Shown piece after piece: positions 43,370 through 56,935 of a stretch of 64,000 nt of DNA; the stretch's first letter is position 1, and every line of letters starts with the position of its first letter. The position numbers and the translations under genes were made by a program. Location of the stretch: NCBI GenBank assembly GCA_964016885.1, contig OZ024741.1:169136001-169200000 (forward strand), written 5' to 3'. The notes under the pieces were generated by a model. That model saw only the letters and a program-made list of their open reading frames with translations. It did no database searches and had not been told where the DNA came from. Origin of the DNA: Eledone cirrhosa. Its lineage: Eukaryota.

Positions 43370-44240
43370 AATATTTGTCTGTAAAAATATCATTCAGTTT
43401 GAGGAAAGGTTTGTGTGTGTAGAACTTGACTTCGAGAAAGTTGGTAGCTACTGTAATTTTTAACCTTAGATCACTAAATGTGGCTATTAAGGTTTTCATA
43501 AAAGTGTAGAAGTTGTGGCCACTTTTATGGCTCAGTAGTGCAAGGACATCATCATTTATAGGCACATATGGCAGTCAGGGAATTTGGTTCTTAGTGTATC
43601 CTAAATATACAGGCCTATCAAATCGCATATGTCTACACTGTCGAATGATCCCATGGGTACATCGAATAGGTCTGTGTAAGTTGATTTTTTTTAATGCAGG
43701 CTACTCTGTTGTTCAAGAGGAGGGTTTTTCTAGACTGGGGTATAATTTGTGTGGTCCATGTCATATACATATGTGCAGTTAGTAGCAAAGTCTAAACCTT
43801 TCTCTAATAAAGTTTTAGAAATCAAGGCGTAAAAATCTATTGTGTCAAACTGATTGAATCTAGCTTTGTTAGTGTAGGTAAAGGCATTAAACCAATTAAT
43901 TACAGTTTGACTATTTTCCCACTAGTTGAGATTGATTTGCATTCCTATGGTCGTGATTAGATTTTTAAGTATGTACTTGCTGATTAGTCTTATTTCTGTA
44001 CATGCAGAATTTATGAGTCTGCATGTAAGGTTATTGTGGAAATTTGGTTTGTCATCTTTTAGAATGGTGAAAACCTCACATTTGGCTAAACATTCTAGTT
44101 TCTTGTCTACATTAATGGAGCTGGCTAAGGATATGGCCTCATCGTTTATGTCGTTATAAGCTGCAACGTTTGTTTGTTTTTTTCTTATTTGGCAGATATG
44201 GCCTTATGTGTTAAGGGATTGTAAGTAGGTTGGTCTAATT
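43370..44240 (-). mobile_element. Degenerate Hydra-like PLE RT
   Basis: TCRLINSACTEIRLISK..WENSQTVINWF..FDTIDFY, and INDDVL..NFLEVKF. Confidence 0.7.
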
Positions 44241-44729
44241 AAAAACTGAAGAAAACTGGGTTAAAATATCTCACACAGAACGTACACAACACACCTTGAA
44301 GCACACTTCACCTCTCCCTATGAACAATTAACTTCTACAAATCTTCCAATATAGATAGGCTTTCTAATTAATATTGGATAAGCCCCCTAAGGTCGTTCTC
44401 TCTCCACTTGCTCCTTACCACTACCCCCTGCTACATATCTCTACATTATTGCCTCTAATTCTTGTAGATTCTTAAGCTTACAATAAACTAGAATTATGAC
44501 ATAAATTATTTCGCTTCTCTCACTTTGCAAAAATCAGGTTGCATCCTCTTTTCATTCCTATATACCTAACTACTAATAATAGAAATCTTTGATAAAAGAA
44601 CTAAAGCAATACCAGTATAGCTTTTCAATATGGCCAAACTCATGAACTGATTGGATCTATTTAGATCCTCCTAGTGAAACACATGAATTCAGAAAATGCA
44701 TTGTTGGTTTAATAAAATATATTATATCG

Positions 44730-44912
44730 GTGGATTGGCAGTATCAGTAGAGGGTCCGATGCCATGCTTTCCAACATAGTTACATCTCTTTGCGGTCTGA
44801 GTTCAAATCTCGCCGAGGTTAACTTTGCCTTTCATCCTTACGGGGTCAATAAAATAAAGTACCAGTAATGTACTGGGTATTTGATGGCCTTGTGCCAAAA
44901 GTAGAAACAATT
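44730..44912 (+). mobile_element. Meta-type tRNA SINE
   Basis: Same family as 11267. Confidence 0.8.
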
Positions 44913-44972
44913 ATATATTATATACAAACGCACACACACACACACACACATACATATGTATATATATATACA

Positions 44973-46645
44973 GAGGGACCAGCTATTGAGATTTACGACT
45001 GTAGGGTCAAAGAGGCAATTAAGGAAATGAAAAGTGGTAAGGCTGCTGGACCATCGGGGATAGTTGCTGAGATGCTGAAGGCATCAGGAGAAGTAGGCAC
45101 TAAACTAGTTGCACGCTTCATTAATCAAGCTATATATGGTGGCATCATACCCAAAGACTGATGCAGCAGTATTCTTATAAATTGCTACAATGGTAAAGGG
45201 GATGCTCTGGCGAGGACCAATTATAGGGAGATAAAACTGATGGATCAGGCTATGAAAGTCGCAGAAAGAATATTAGCGCAACTGATTAGAGAAAGGGTCA
45301 AATTAGATGAGATGCAGTTTGGTTTTGTGCCTGGGAAAAGTACAACAGATGCCCTCTTCTTAGTGAGAAAACTACAAGAGCAGTTCTTAGAGAAGAATAA
45401 GCCCCTATACTTAGCTTTTGTTGACCTAGAGAAGGCCTTTGATAGGGTACCCAATCTGTCATCTGGTGGTCCCAAAGGAAACTAAGTGTAGAGGAATGGC
45501 TTGTGAGGACAGTGCAAGCTTTGTAAAGAGGTGCTGTCAGTAAAGTGAAAGTAAGAATGGAGTATAGTGAGGAATTCCAGATACAAGTAGTAGTACATCA
45601 GGGTTCGGTCCTCAGCCCACTCTAGTTCATTATAGTCCTCCAAGCCATAACAGAGGAGTTTAAGACTGGCTGCCCATGGGAACTTCTCTATGCTGATGAT
45701 CTGGCTCTTATAGCAGAATCAGTAGAGGAGCTAGAGAATAAATTCTGGCTATGGAAACAGCAGTTGGAATCGAGAGGACAGAGTAAACACAGCTAAGACA
45801 AAAGTGTTCATAAGTAGAAGGGAGGACAAAATGATGCTTCCATCAGGGAAATGGCCACGTTCGATATGTAGAAAAAGAGCTGGCATAAATTCTATAAAAT
45901 GTACTAAATGCAGATGTAGTGGGATAGCAGGCAAACTAACAGGTAGGGAAAACTATATATGCAGTTGATGTATAGTAAAATTTGACAGTAGAAGTCACAG
46001 TGATAGACACATTTTTCCAGCGCAGGTAGGTTCCATAGAAGTGGTTGATAGCTTCTGGCACCTAGGTGATCAGATTAGCAAGGGAGGGGGTGCTCTGAGG
46101 CCATAGTGTCTAGAATAAGGACGAGTTGGAAGAAGTTTAGGGAGCTGCTTCCTCTGTTGACAAAGAAGGGTTTCTCCCTGCATATGAAAGGCCAGTTATA
46201 TGATGCCTGTGTGAGATGCACAATGCAGCATGGTAGTGAGACATGGGCAGCAACTGCAGAGGATATGTGATGGCTGGAGAGAAATGAAGCAAGCATGCTC
46301 TGTTGGATGTGCATGAATGACCAAGCATAGATGAGTTGAGAGAGAAACTGTGTATAAGAGGGATAAGTTGTAGTGTGCGGCAGAGAAGACTGAGATGATA
46401 TGGACATGTGATGCACATAGAAGATGACCGCTGGGTAAAGAAGTGCCAAGAAATCCAAGTAGAAGGAAGACACAGTAGAGGAAGGCCACAAAAAACTAGG
46501 ACGGAGGTGGTGAGAGCAGACCTCAAACCGCTGAAGCTCACAGAGGAGATGACGAAGGACCGTGACAAGATGATGTGCTGAATAGGACCCGTCCCACCCT
46601 TGCAAGCAGGAGAAAGCGGACGTAAAATGATGATGATGATGATGA
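44973..46645 (+). mobile_element. Degenerate RTE LINE, second family with a short 3' end
   Basis: MKSGKAAGPSG, FVDLEKAFDRV and LLYADDL with many stops. Ends ccgtcccacccttgcaagcaggagaaagcggacgtaaaa(tga)n. Confidence 0.92.
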
Positions 46646-47222
46646 TATATATATAAATATATAAACATCATTATATGAAACTTAACTATGAACATTGTTT
46701 ACTTGTGAATAAGGACATTTATCCATCAATTGGTGATTGTTTTCATTGCATTTCCCAAGAGCAAAGTTTTAGGAGCCAAATATTTGCCATCAAACTTTAT
46801 ATCCCAATCAGCAAATTTCTTTAGTTTTTCAGCCATAATTCTAACTCATATAAAACAGACAATTTCTTCCATTCAGATAAATTATAGTATTGCTTTTATG
46901 GGTATTCTAAACACTGGACAATTTGCTTGTTGTCAGAAGTCTGTGATAATACACCATGTAGTATGTATTATATTTGTGGTATGGGAATCAATTTCTTTCA
47001 AGAGAATTGGTAATTTGCTTGCATCTAAAAGCTTTGAGCGATAATTTTACGTATTACTTATTTGTTTGTTTTCTTTGTTTTTGTCTTTCCTTTTATTTCA
47101 TCAATTTTCTTGCATATCTTTTTGTTTTTGTTAAGGTTACTGGACTATTTGTCTTACCTTTCACATTTCTAAGTATGCTTTACACTGTTTTCAATGTTTT
47201 TTACCATTCTCAACTATTTTGG

Positions 47223-47269
<47 letters not shown>

Positions 47270-47273
<4 letters not shown>

Positions 47274-48270
47274 AAAGATAAACAGAAATAACAACACAAT
47301 CGATACAGTATATGGAAGGTATATATTAGGTTAACTCTTGATATAGCAGGAAGATGGTCTTAACGTTTCGGACGCTAGTCCTTCATCAGAGGAAAGAATG
47401 AGAAATAAAATAGATTGAGGAGACGGGTGGGTTGGAATTGGAAAAATTGTCTTTAGATAAAAATAACAGGTCCATTCATGTTGACATCTCTTGCAAAACT
47501 GTTGGTGCTGGCGTTTTGTGTATGATTTGTCTTTTAGAAAAGTGGATGATGGCAGGCGTCTACCTGAAATAGAAAAAAAAAACGTTTTGTAAAAAGAGCT
47601 ATACTTGAGCACGTGTGTAAGCATGAGTTAGTGTGTGTGTGTCGTATTATAGGTCCGTACGAAGCTAAGAAGAAATGTATGTGTATATGTGAGTAAAAGA
47701 GTGTGTGCATGTAAGTACGAAGCTATGTTAATATAAGGGTGTGTATCGGCATGTATTAGTAGTAAGAGAAGCTGCTAATGATCAAGAGAAAGTGATAGGA
47801 ATCAAGGGGTGTGATAATGGACAGGGTATTAGAGAAATTGGGGAGGTGAGTTGAGTCCAAGAGGGGAATAGGACCCAAGACAGTGAATCAGACTTTGTTC
47901 AGTCCTGGTGCACGAGGCCTGTGATCCATGATGTAAAAGGACACCCAGGACTGAAACATGTACGGAAGAATGACCAGGAGAACAGAAATGATGGGCGACA
48001 GGAGTATCCAAACCGAGTTGTATGTCCCTCAAATGTTCGGCTAAACGGTCCGCCATACAGCTTCCCGTTTGTCCGATATATAAAGACCCGCAAAGGGAAC
48101 ACCAGAGGGCATAGACAACGTGGGTGGATGTGCAGGTGAAGGAATGGTGGATACGGAAAGACCCATTAGGGCCTGTAAGAGTGGTGAAGGTGGAAATAAA
48201 GGGACAAGTGTTGCAGCGGGAACGGGAACAAGGATGAGAGCCGTGTGTATGTGTGCACACATGCATGCAT
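47270..48270 (-). mobile_element. Neptune-like PLE 3' end (Zn-finger linker, GIY-YIG, 3'UTR hammerhead)
   Basis: ORF 47829..48266: PCSRSRCNTC..FTCTSTHVVYALWCSLCGSLYIGQT..RLAEH..VAHHF..GLN. Confidence 0.88.
47357..47393 (-). ncRNA. Minimal hammerhead in the PLE pseudo-LTR
   Basis: cct CTGATGA a ggac tagc gtcc GAAA cgt TA aga. Stem I is weak. Decayed copies at 51704-51742 (+) and about 55850-55885 (-). Confidence 0.6.
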
Positions 48271-48320
48271 GTGAGTGTGTACTGAACAACGAAAATAGAT
48301 CAAAAGTCAACTACTAGAAA

Positions 48321-48379
48321 TTATGTTTCTGAGGAAGACGGTGCGGTGGTCAGGGATTTTGAAACCAGTAACAACATAA
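48321..48379 (+). ncRNA. Type-I hammerhead-like motif
   Basis: ttatgttt CTGAGGA..GAAA ccag TA acaacataa. Confidence 0.5.
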
Positions 48380-48599
48380 TCACTACCTGCCAGTCGATAT
48401 ATCGATCTACCATGATCAATCAACCCTCTGAAACGATCGTAAAACAATGAACTAATTAAAAACCTTCTTCGACTTTTATTTTATTTCATTGTTCAATACA
48501 CACAGACACATATATATGACTCTGTAGTTTGAACAAAATCTTCAAGGAAACCTTACATGATGAGCATCAATCACAAAAAACTATAGCACTCACTGCCTA

Positions 48600-48995
48600 A
48601 TCTTGCATGGGGTCAAGTCGTTCAGACCTTCTGGCCATCACCTATATGAACCAACTGGAATGTTGAGCGCTCAACACCATCTGCACATAGATGATATACT
48701 CATCCTTACATCATCCCATGAAGAGGCTGACATAATATCTATGATATTTTCAAACACAGATAACAACATACAATTTACCACAGAACACCACAATAAAAAA
48801 AGGTTCCTTATCTCTGTTGGACTTCCAGCTTAGAGTAACAAAAGAAGGTGCCATATACACCAACTTCTATAAGAAAGCCGCCAGCAGAGATCTGTTTGTG
48901 CATTATAGATCAGCCCTTCCCCTTGGTGCTAAAACCAGATACATTAGAAATGAACTTATGCATATCCGGAATAAATATAGCAAGACAGAAAACCA
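48600..48995 (+). mobile_element. Penelope/Poseidon-type RT C-terminal fragment
   Basis: HIDDILIL..IQFTTE..LDF..FYKKAASRDLFVHYRSALP. Confidence 0.75.
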
Positions 48996-49199
48996 GGTCA
49001 CTCGTTGTGGTGAGAACGGAAGTGTATATGAGCTGACTAGATTCTGTGCGACAGATGTCGGTAGTTTGGTGACAAGGGAGACAACTCAAATTAAACTGTT
49101 TCAGAGGAGACAATTTTCGTCTGAGTTAGTTCATTCCAGGTTAGATTTATGGTTATCCTAGATCTTTCCAGTTATGCAATAGATATTTCACAGCGATTT

Positions 49200-49790
49200 A
49201 AAAAATCGGCTCTTGTGTTAAAGCAAGTATTGTTATGTAACCCCTGCAAGATATTCATTCTTTCATCAATACGCAGCTTACAGGATATTGTTCCATTTTC
49301 GTATGGCCTGGAATTGGCTAGAACTTTCCATTGAATGGAGAAATGAAATCACATGAAATCCTTGAGTGATCATACGTGGCTTGCCAGCTTCGTGGACGAA
49401 GGAAGCATTCTTTAAAACAGCCCTTTGACATACCTTCATATGTTTTGACTTCCTGTTGTTGATTCAGTTGAGTGGATGTAGCTTCAGCCGCATGGACGTT
49501 TGTGGGTATGTTACACTATTGTTGAAACAGGCATGCTTCTGGCCTTCTGCAAGCACATTCGGGTGGGGAAGAGCTTTTGGGTTTGTTGGTGATGTGGGCT
49601 TTCATATTTTTCGCACAGAAATATCCGAGTTTCATCCTGTATCTATTGAAGATAGATCTGTATTTATGTCCTATGTGGAAGTGTTTGTCTAGGAGTACCA
49701 CGAATTTCCTACCTACATTAGTTCTAACTCTGAGCAAGAAGGGTGGGCAGAACCAAATAATTTTTTTATTTGTATTTTTATTTCCATGAG
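49200..49790 (-). mobile_element. Hydra-like PLE linker and endonuclease remnant
   Basis: TNVGRKF..LDKHF..IFNR..CACRRPEAC (CxCx5C). Confidence 0.75.
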
Positions 49791-49928
49791 TCCTTGTGTA
49801 TATAAGTTAACTTCACGCAGAATCCAGGCTGCTCATATACACTTCCATTCTCACTGCAGCCATACATGGGTTGAAAATCTGTTCAGTGAAATGCACATCC
49901 TCAAGTATGGTTAACTAATTTGTTGTGG

Positions 49929-49974
<46 letters not shown>

Positions 49975-50056
49975 ATGTATAAACAGTTAAGTTTTTTACC
50001 TGAAGGTGGGAGAAATGTGTAATTAAACACACATTTTTATATTTTTAAGCATGTAA

Positions 50057-50217
50057 TAATTGTTTCTAATTTTGGCACAAGGCCAGCAATTACCCAGTAC
50101 ATTACTTTCATAAGGATGAAAGGCAAAGTTAACCTCGACGGGATTTGAACTCAGACCGTAAAGGGACGTAACTATGCTGGAAAGCATGGCATCCGACCCT
50201 CTACTGATAACTGCCAA
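50057..50217 (-). mobile_element. Meta-type tRNA SINE
   Basis: Same family as 17757. Confidence 0.8.
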
Positions 50218-51496
50218 TATGTCTTCTCTTCATACTTCTCCTTAGATTTAAAAAGATGAACAGCTTGACTCAAGTTTTAACTTTGGTTGAAATTTTCATC
50301 AAAAACTGTTTACATCTTTCTCAATCCACAAAGAAGTAAACAACCAAAGGCTTTATATACACATCAGATATGGCAAAACTAGAGAACAGGACCTACCAAT
50401 CTGCATATTTATAGTGCTTATGGTGGTAGTTATTCAATGCACTAAGCTGCTGAAGTGTATTATAAATTAATATCTGCACAAACAGCATAGGTTTTTAATC
50501 AAAGTTGCAAAAATTAGTAATATAAACACACATTTTTATATATTTAATCATGTAAGCATGTTTTATTTATGTATTTCTCTGTAGATTGTGAACAGTTTGA
50601 TTTGAGTTTTAATTTTTGTTTAGATCTTCATCAGAAATTGTCTACATTCTTGAGAGAGAGAGAAAGAGAAATTGAGCAAGTTAGGTTTGAATGAAGAATC
50701 AGTTTTTCTAACATATTGATACACAGCTCTGAGCAATCCTGCTACAATTATACAGAAAAGACAATCATCAGAAATCTGTGTTAAATGGAGAAAAGACTGA
50801 TATGGATTTTATGTAGAATACATTTGCTATGGGCTTCCAAACAATACCCAAGAATATAATAGAAGACACTCCAGATGCTGGAGAGTAGGATAGAATCCTT
50901 GACTTCATAATTTAGAAGCAACTTTCTTAATGATTGTGATAAGGTACAGTCAGATAGATGGCTGGATAGATAGTTATATATAGATAGTTAGATAGGTAAA
51001 CACAGAAACAGGTTGATAGATAGTTAGATAGATAGACATACAGACAGAGAGATAGATAGACAGAAGGATAGATAAAGACAAACAGACATTAATCGAAATG
51101 CCACCAGTTCCAAAGAAGTTTTATTTAACAAGATGACTGAAAATTGTGGTTTCTTTAACAAACAACAGCCTACGGGGCGATTCATACCATAAGCTTTTCA
51201 CAAAAACCTCTCTACGTTTTTTGAATGCCAATGTAAAAGCCAACTTTTCAATGAAGAACTTGAGAATTTATTAGTTTGACATATACCATAGAAAATTCTT
51301 TGTCAATTGTAAATATAGAGAAGAAGAAGACAAATCAGATGACAAATTATACATATATAGTGAAAGATAATTAAAATTGAAATATAATGAAAAATAAAAA
51401 AATAAAATTATATAAATATAAATTTTTTTATGAAAAGGAAATGAGATGGGATATAAGTGACTTGAATACTGTTAAGTCTATACATTTATATAATTA

Positions 51497-51582
<86 letters not shown>

Positions 51583-51944
51583 TATATATATTTCTGCAAC
51601 ATGGCTGACTGGTCAGACATGTGCTTTTTCTCCAAAACATTTTTTTCCATTTTCTCCTGATCTCACTCTCCTCTGCCATTCTATGATTTTTATTTATCAT
51701 TTTTCTTTCTGATGAAAGATTACTGTCCAAAACGTTAAGACTCTTTTCCTACTATATCAACCACTTGTATAATATATATCTTCATTGTACTGTATTGTTT
51801 GATCTGTTTATTTTCACTTTATTTTCTGCATGCACATGCATATACATACATACACACACACGCACACACACAAACACACACACTCACACAAACAAACACA
51901 CACATTCAGGCACATACACACACACATATATATATATATGTATA

Positions 51945-52305
51945 TCATCATCATCATCATCACTGTTTTATGTCCATTCTTCCACGCTAGCATGGGTTGT
52001 CCTGTAGTGGGCAATGCCAGGTCAGGTGACCATGTCTTGCTCATACAGAACTGATTCTGGCTTGATTTCTACAGCTGGATGCCCTTCCTAACACCAACCT
52101 CATTTATAGTGAGTTACTAGGTGTTTTTTTACCGTGGTGCCTACACGACCACTTTACAGTGTAGACTGGGTGCTTTTTTTGTCATGACTCCTACACGATC
52201 CCTTTACAGTGGGAGGGGTGGGGGAATACTGTCTATATGCTTCAGCTTCGGCTTGTACCCATCTTCTGTATTACTGCGTAACGCCAGAGGTCTCGGTCTT
52301 GTGTC
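51945..52305 (-). mobile_element. RTE 3' end of the 13535-16316 family
   Basis: Matches about 15920-16316. Confidence 0.85.
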
Positions 52306-52439
52306 AACTTGCTGCCAAGGTAAGTTAAGGAGTTTACATACTTCAAATCCTTGCTCTCAACATTGATGGAAACAAGGGGGTTGAGGGAAGGGGGCTTTGA
52401 TTGATGTACCACCCCAGCCTTCTTAATGCTGATTGTTTA

Positions 52440-52790
52440 ACAAAATGCCTTACAATCAAGTGAGATGCAGTTCATCAATTCTTGTGCCTCAATGACGGTT
52501 GTTGCAACAAGTTCATCATCATCAGTAAACAGTAAACTTGTACGTGTAAGTGCCTTAAAGCACTGATGGTTGAATAAACCCACCTGATGTATGGAATTTA
52601 AATATGACACCAGTGTCTAAGTCACCAAATGCATACTGGAGTATACACAGAAAAACAAGAGCCATGACACAACTTGGGTTTGTACTATTTGTGACACCAA
52701 AGGGTTGAGAATATTCACCATTTGACATAATTGATGCTTTCATGCCCTCATGAAAAACCATGATGATATTCAACATATTCTCAGGTATGT
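52440..52790 (-). mobile_element. RTE-BovB-like RT fragment
   Basis: FHEGMKASIMSNGEYSQPFGVTN..CVMA..LFTDDD. Confidence 0.65.
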
Positions 52791-53401
52791 CAAGCTTTTT
52801 GAATTGAAGCTAGCAAGCTTGGCTTTTACATCTACCTCCCTTCTTATGATTACCAAATGCTGAAGCTGGTACATATCTGCAAATAGCTGCCAAGATGTTT
52901 TGATGTTGGTGGAGGTCTGTGAAAGACCAATCAACATGTAAAGGATGGCTGGGTTTACAATGATGATGAGAATAGCTACTAAGCAGTAATAATGGAAGGA
53001 GGGGACATAAATGGGCATGACAGTAGATAAATCTTCTCTATTACCACGTGTTACAACCATTTATCATCTCTGCCATGAGGCCCAGCTTCTTAAAGTGCAT
53101 CTTCACTACTTCATACCACATCTTCCAATGTATGCGTCTTCCCTGAGTCCCATCCTCTGAGATTATTCTGCACTTCTTTATACAGTTGTCATCTTTCATA
53201 TGCCTCACATTTTTATACATATAATTTGGTAGCAGTGGAAACGGATTTTAAATAATGTTGATGATGACAATGATGATGATGATGAGGAGGGGGAGGGGAG
53301 GGGTGATTATGATTATAATAATGATGATGATGGCAAATATGTACATGTATTTTTTACAGTGTGGGATTAAACAAATTTTTGCCATCCCCACTACCACCAC
53401 T

Positions 53402-53439
<38 letters not shown>

Positions 53440-53714
53440 TCCCACTCACCACAGTCACACACTTACCATACCCTTTCCATTAGACTAGACATTTTATGAG
53501 TGTGTTAGGAGGAATCAAAGACTGAACCAATTACTTGATGGGAGTTCTTCTGAAGATCCTCCTAGTGTCTGCTTGCCCCATTGCAAGTTTCTGCCTACCC
53601 CATATTTATATCACTTTTTCTCAATCTTCGTGTCATAACATTCATGTGTATCAGCACACACAGACGCATACAGACATATGAGTATGTGTCCAGAATATAT
53701 ATATATATATATAA

Positions 53715-53903
53715 CGAAGGAAATGTGGTAAGGAACCAGGTGGACCATAACGCACCAAAGTACTCAATACTTGAGGTAGTAGAGTGGGTAATAGGAACCA
53801 GTAAGACCCCGACAGCTGAGCTCAAGCCGTTTCGACGGCTAATTCTGGACAAAGAATTAGCCGTCGAAACGGCTTGAGCTCAGCTGTCGGGGTCTTACTG
53901 GTT

Positions 53904-53908
<5 letters not shown>
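53715..53908. repeat. PLE-like repeat with a perfect 56-bp hairpin
   Basis: 53791-53846 is inverted at 53853-53908. Confidence 0.85.
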
Positions 53909-53968
<60 letters not shown>

Positions 53969-53970
<2 letters not shown>

Positions 53971-54620
53971 TAGCCGAATTACCTGCACTTTGCTGTGTTT
54001 CACACATTTTTTTTTTTGTAAGAAAATGATGATTGATTTGACATCAGTGATATAATTTATGGAGAAAAACTCTGCATTTCAATATTACTCAATGTAAAAT
54101 GTAATGCATGAAAAATTGGAAAACATTATTTTTTTGTTGTATATCAAATCAAAATTACATTATTAAATCTTATTCTTATTTTGTTTCTTGTAAATAATTT
54201 TTTTCAAATTATCCATTCAAAACTTTTGTGAATAGGCATCATATCTTATCATTTACCTATGGCTTAAATTTCATATAAATCGAAAGAGAAAAAATTTTCA
54301 CCGGTAGTTTGTGCCCCCAGGCAACCCTAATAGGGGTTTAACCCCTATTAAGGTGTCTTAATATTATTGAAATTTTGTGAATAGGCATCATATCTTGTCA
54401 TTTACCTATGGTTTAAATTTCATATAAATCGAAGGGAAAATATTTTCAGCGGGGGTTTGTGTGCCCAGGAAACCCTTTGATTAAAATGAAATATATTTAT
54501 CCAAGTACCCTGGGCAATGTATTTTCAGAATATATATGGTTATGGGCGTCTATCTCCAAAACCAATTAGGGAGTTTGTGTACAAACAAACAGACAGGAAC
54601 TACAACTTTATATATATATA
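53969..54620 (+). mobile_element. Non-autonomous Helitron/Helentron-like element
   Basis: Starts actagccgaattacc and ends acaaacagacaggaactacaactttatatat. Internal duplication at about 54218-54330 and 54368-54478. Confidence 0.55.
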
Positions 54621-54809
54621 TGTATACAGTGCAGCATGCATATAGACTATAAATAATCATATATATATATATACATATGACCTCAACTAAAGCTAATAGC
54701 AGTCGCCATGTCTCTGACTGACTGGTCTGTCTCCATGTGGGAATGAATTCTGTGAGAGAACATCGTTATTTTTTCTCCGTCATATCAAGAATTTGAAGAC
54801 AATTCATTT

Positions 54810-54883
54810 TCACCTGATGAGATCAGTGATAATCGATCATGGCTTCACAATCGATTTATCTCTTATTGAAACATGCGTCGTGA
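54810..54883 (+). ncRNA. Type-I hammerhead with an extended stem II
   Basis: tcac CTGATGA gat..atc.. GAAA catgcg TC gtga, with a GUC cleavage triplet. Confidence 0.6.
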
Positions 54884-55396
54884 TTAAATGATTGTAATTT
54901 TACCTTGCCTTCAGATTTTCATTTTGATATATATATAGATATATGAATATATATGTGTGTGTGTACAAAAATATAGATAGATAGATAGATATTTATATTT
55001 ATGCACATATACATATATATGTGTATGTTTTTATTTGTAAATAAACAAGTGTGTATGTTTGTATATATGTATGTATACAGAGAGAAAGAGAGATGTGCAT
55101 ATATATATATGTATTTTTTATTTGAATCTCTATTGAGAGTTTCATTGCAGTGTACAAGTGTACAAGTTTGATAATGATATTAAACTTATTACAGTATCTT
55201 TAATAAGTTTAAAGAAACTATTTGAAAGATTTCTTTCTTTTTTCTCTCTGACCAATCAACATCAATGAGATGAAGGCTACCTCCAACCAAACATTTGTAA
55301 ACCATCTTCAGATAATTGAATACGAAACCTGAAGAGCTGTCAAGATGAATATTGGTTGTTTACGCTTCAGTGCTTGCAATATATATATATATATAT

Positions 55397-55750
55397 ATCA
55401 TCATCATCATCATCATCATTATTTCATTTTACATCTACTTTTTCCCTGCTTGCAAGGGTGGGACGGGAATTGATTCTGGCTAGATTTCTACAGCTGGATG
55501 CCCTTCCTAACACTAACCTCATTTACAGTGAGTGCTGGGTGCTTTGTTGCCGTGGCACCTCCACGTCCACTTTGCAGTGGAATAATAGGGACCCCACTCC
55601 TATCATCTCATTTCTACAGCTGAGTAAACTGGAGCAATGTGAAATAAAGTGTCTTACTCAAGGAAACAACACATCACCCGGTCTGAGAATTGAACTCACA
55701 ACCTTTCGATTGCAAGGCCAATGCTCTAACCACTAAGCCATGTGCCTCCA
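55397..55750 (-). mobile_element. tRNA/CORE SINE with an RTE tail
   Basis: Same family as 20279. Confidence 0.9.
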
Positions 55751-56865
55751 TTATATATATAGGCAAAAAGTAAATGGAAACAAAAAAGCAAACAGTGCAG
55801 TATAAGGAAGAAATATTCTAGCTTAATACTTGATATAGTAGGAAAACGTTTTAACATTTAGGACGTAAATCTTTCATCAAAAGATAGAATAAGAAATAAT
55901 AAAAAAATAGCTAAAGGGTGAGAAATAGCGCTTGCATGTTCAGCCAGCCATTTTGTATATGTGTGAGCATGTATATATATATATATAAAATATACATGTA
56001 TGTACATAAGCAAGACACAGGTCCTTGGCCTTCCTGGGAGATCAGTGGCTCTGCTTCAGTACTGACTTGGTCTGCATGGACGTGTCCAATCCTTGCTAGC
56101 AAGGAAAGTAGATATTAAAAAAAGAATGATGATATATATATAAAATAGACGTTTTGGAAGCCTCTACAATGCAGATGGGTAAATTTCTAGGTAAGAAAAT
56201 CAGGTGGTAGTATGATGAAAGAGAGAAGAAGGAAGAAGCATAGAAAGTGACATAGAGAATGTAAAAGAACATAAAAAGGCTTAAAAAGAAAACAAGAGAT
56301 AGAGTTAACTTGGAAGTGATTTATTTGTCCCTATATTTTGGATTTCACATCCATCAACTGGGGGGTTTTCCGATGGCAAAGAGTTATGTCGGTGAAAGGA
56401 ACAATGTGTGGCCTTCCTAGTCTGCCATGTGCGTACAGTTGAAAAACACTACTCTCTATCGAGCGCATGTGCATGCGGTATTGGGCGGTCAACTAAATTT
56501 GAAGATCATAGTAGCCGTTCACCCTAGAGTGATTGGGTGGTGGGTTTGTATGTGCGCACCAGTGCTGCCAAGTCTTTGCATTCTGTTAATGGTAGTTAAG
56601 TTGGAGGAAAACCTGGTAGCAGTAGTTTGTCCATTGTTGTCTGCCAGTGTCAGTTGGTGGGCGGTATATACTGCCTACCAACTGACACTGGCTAGACAAC
56701 AAATGGACAAACTAATCTCGTTCTACGCTTCTTCCTACTTCTCTCTCTCATCTCACAACCACCAGATTTTGTTACCTGGAAATTTACCCATCTGCATTGA
56801 AGAGGCTAACAAAACAACTATTTTTCATATTCAACAATGATTCAGGCAAACTTTAACACTCTTTA

Positions 56866-56928
<63 letters not shown>

Positions 56929-56935
<7 letters not shown>

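Noticed and set aside
55325-55361. Hammerhead-like aaacCTGAAGA..GAATA..gttt
   Set aside because: The GAAA core is broken, stem II is poor, and it overlaps the antisense of a Piwi-like fragment, so it is probably chance.
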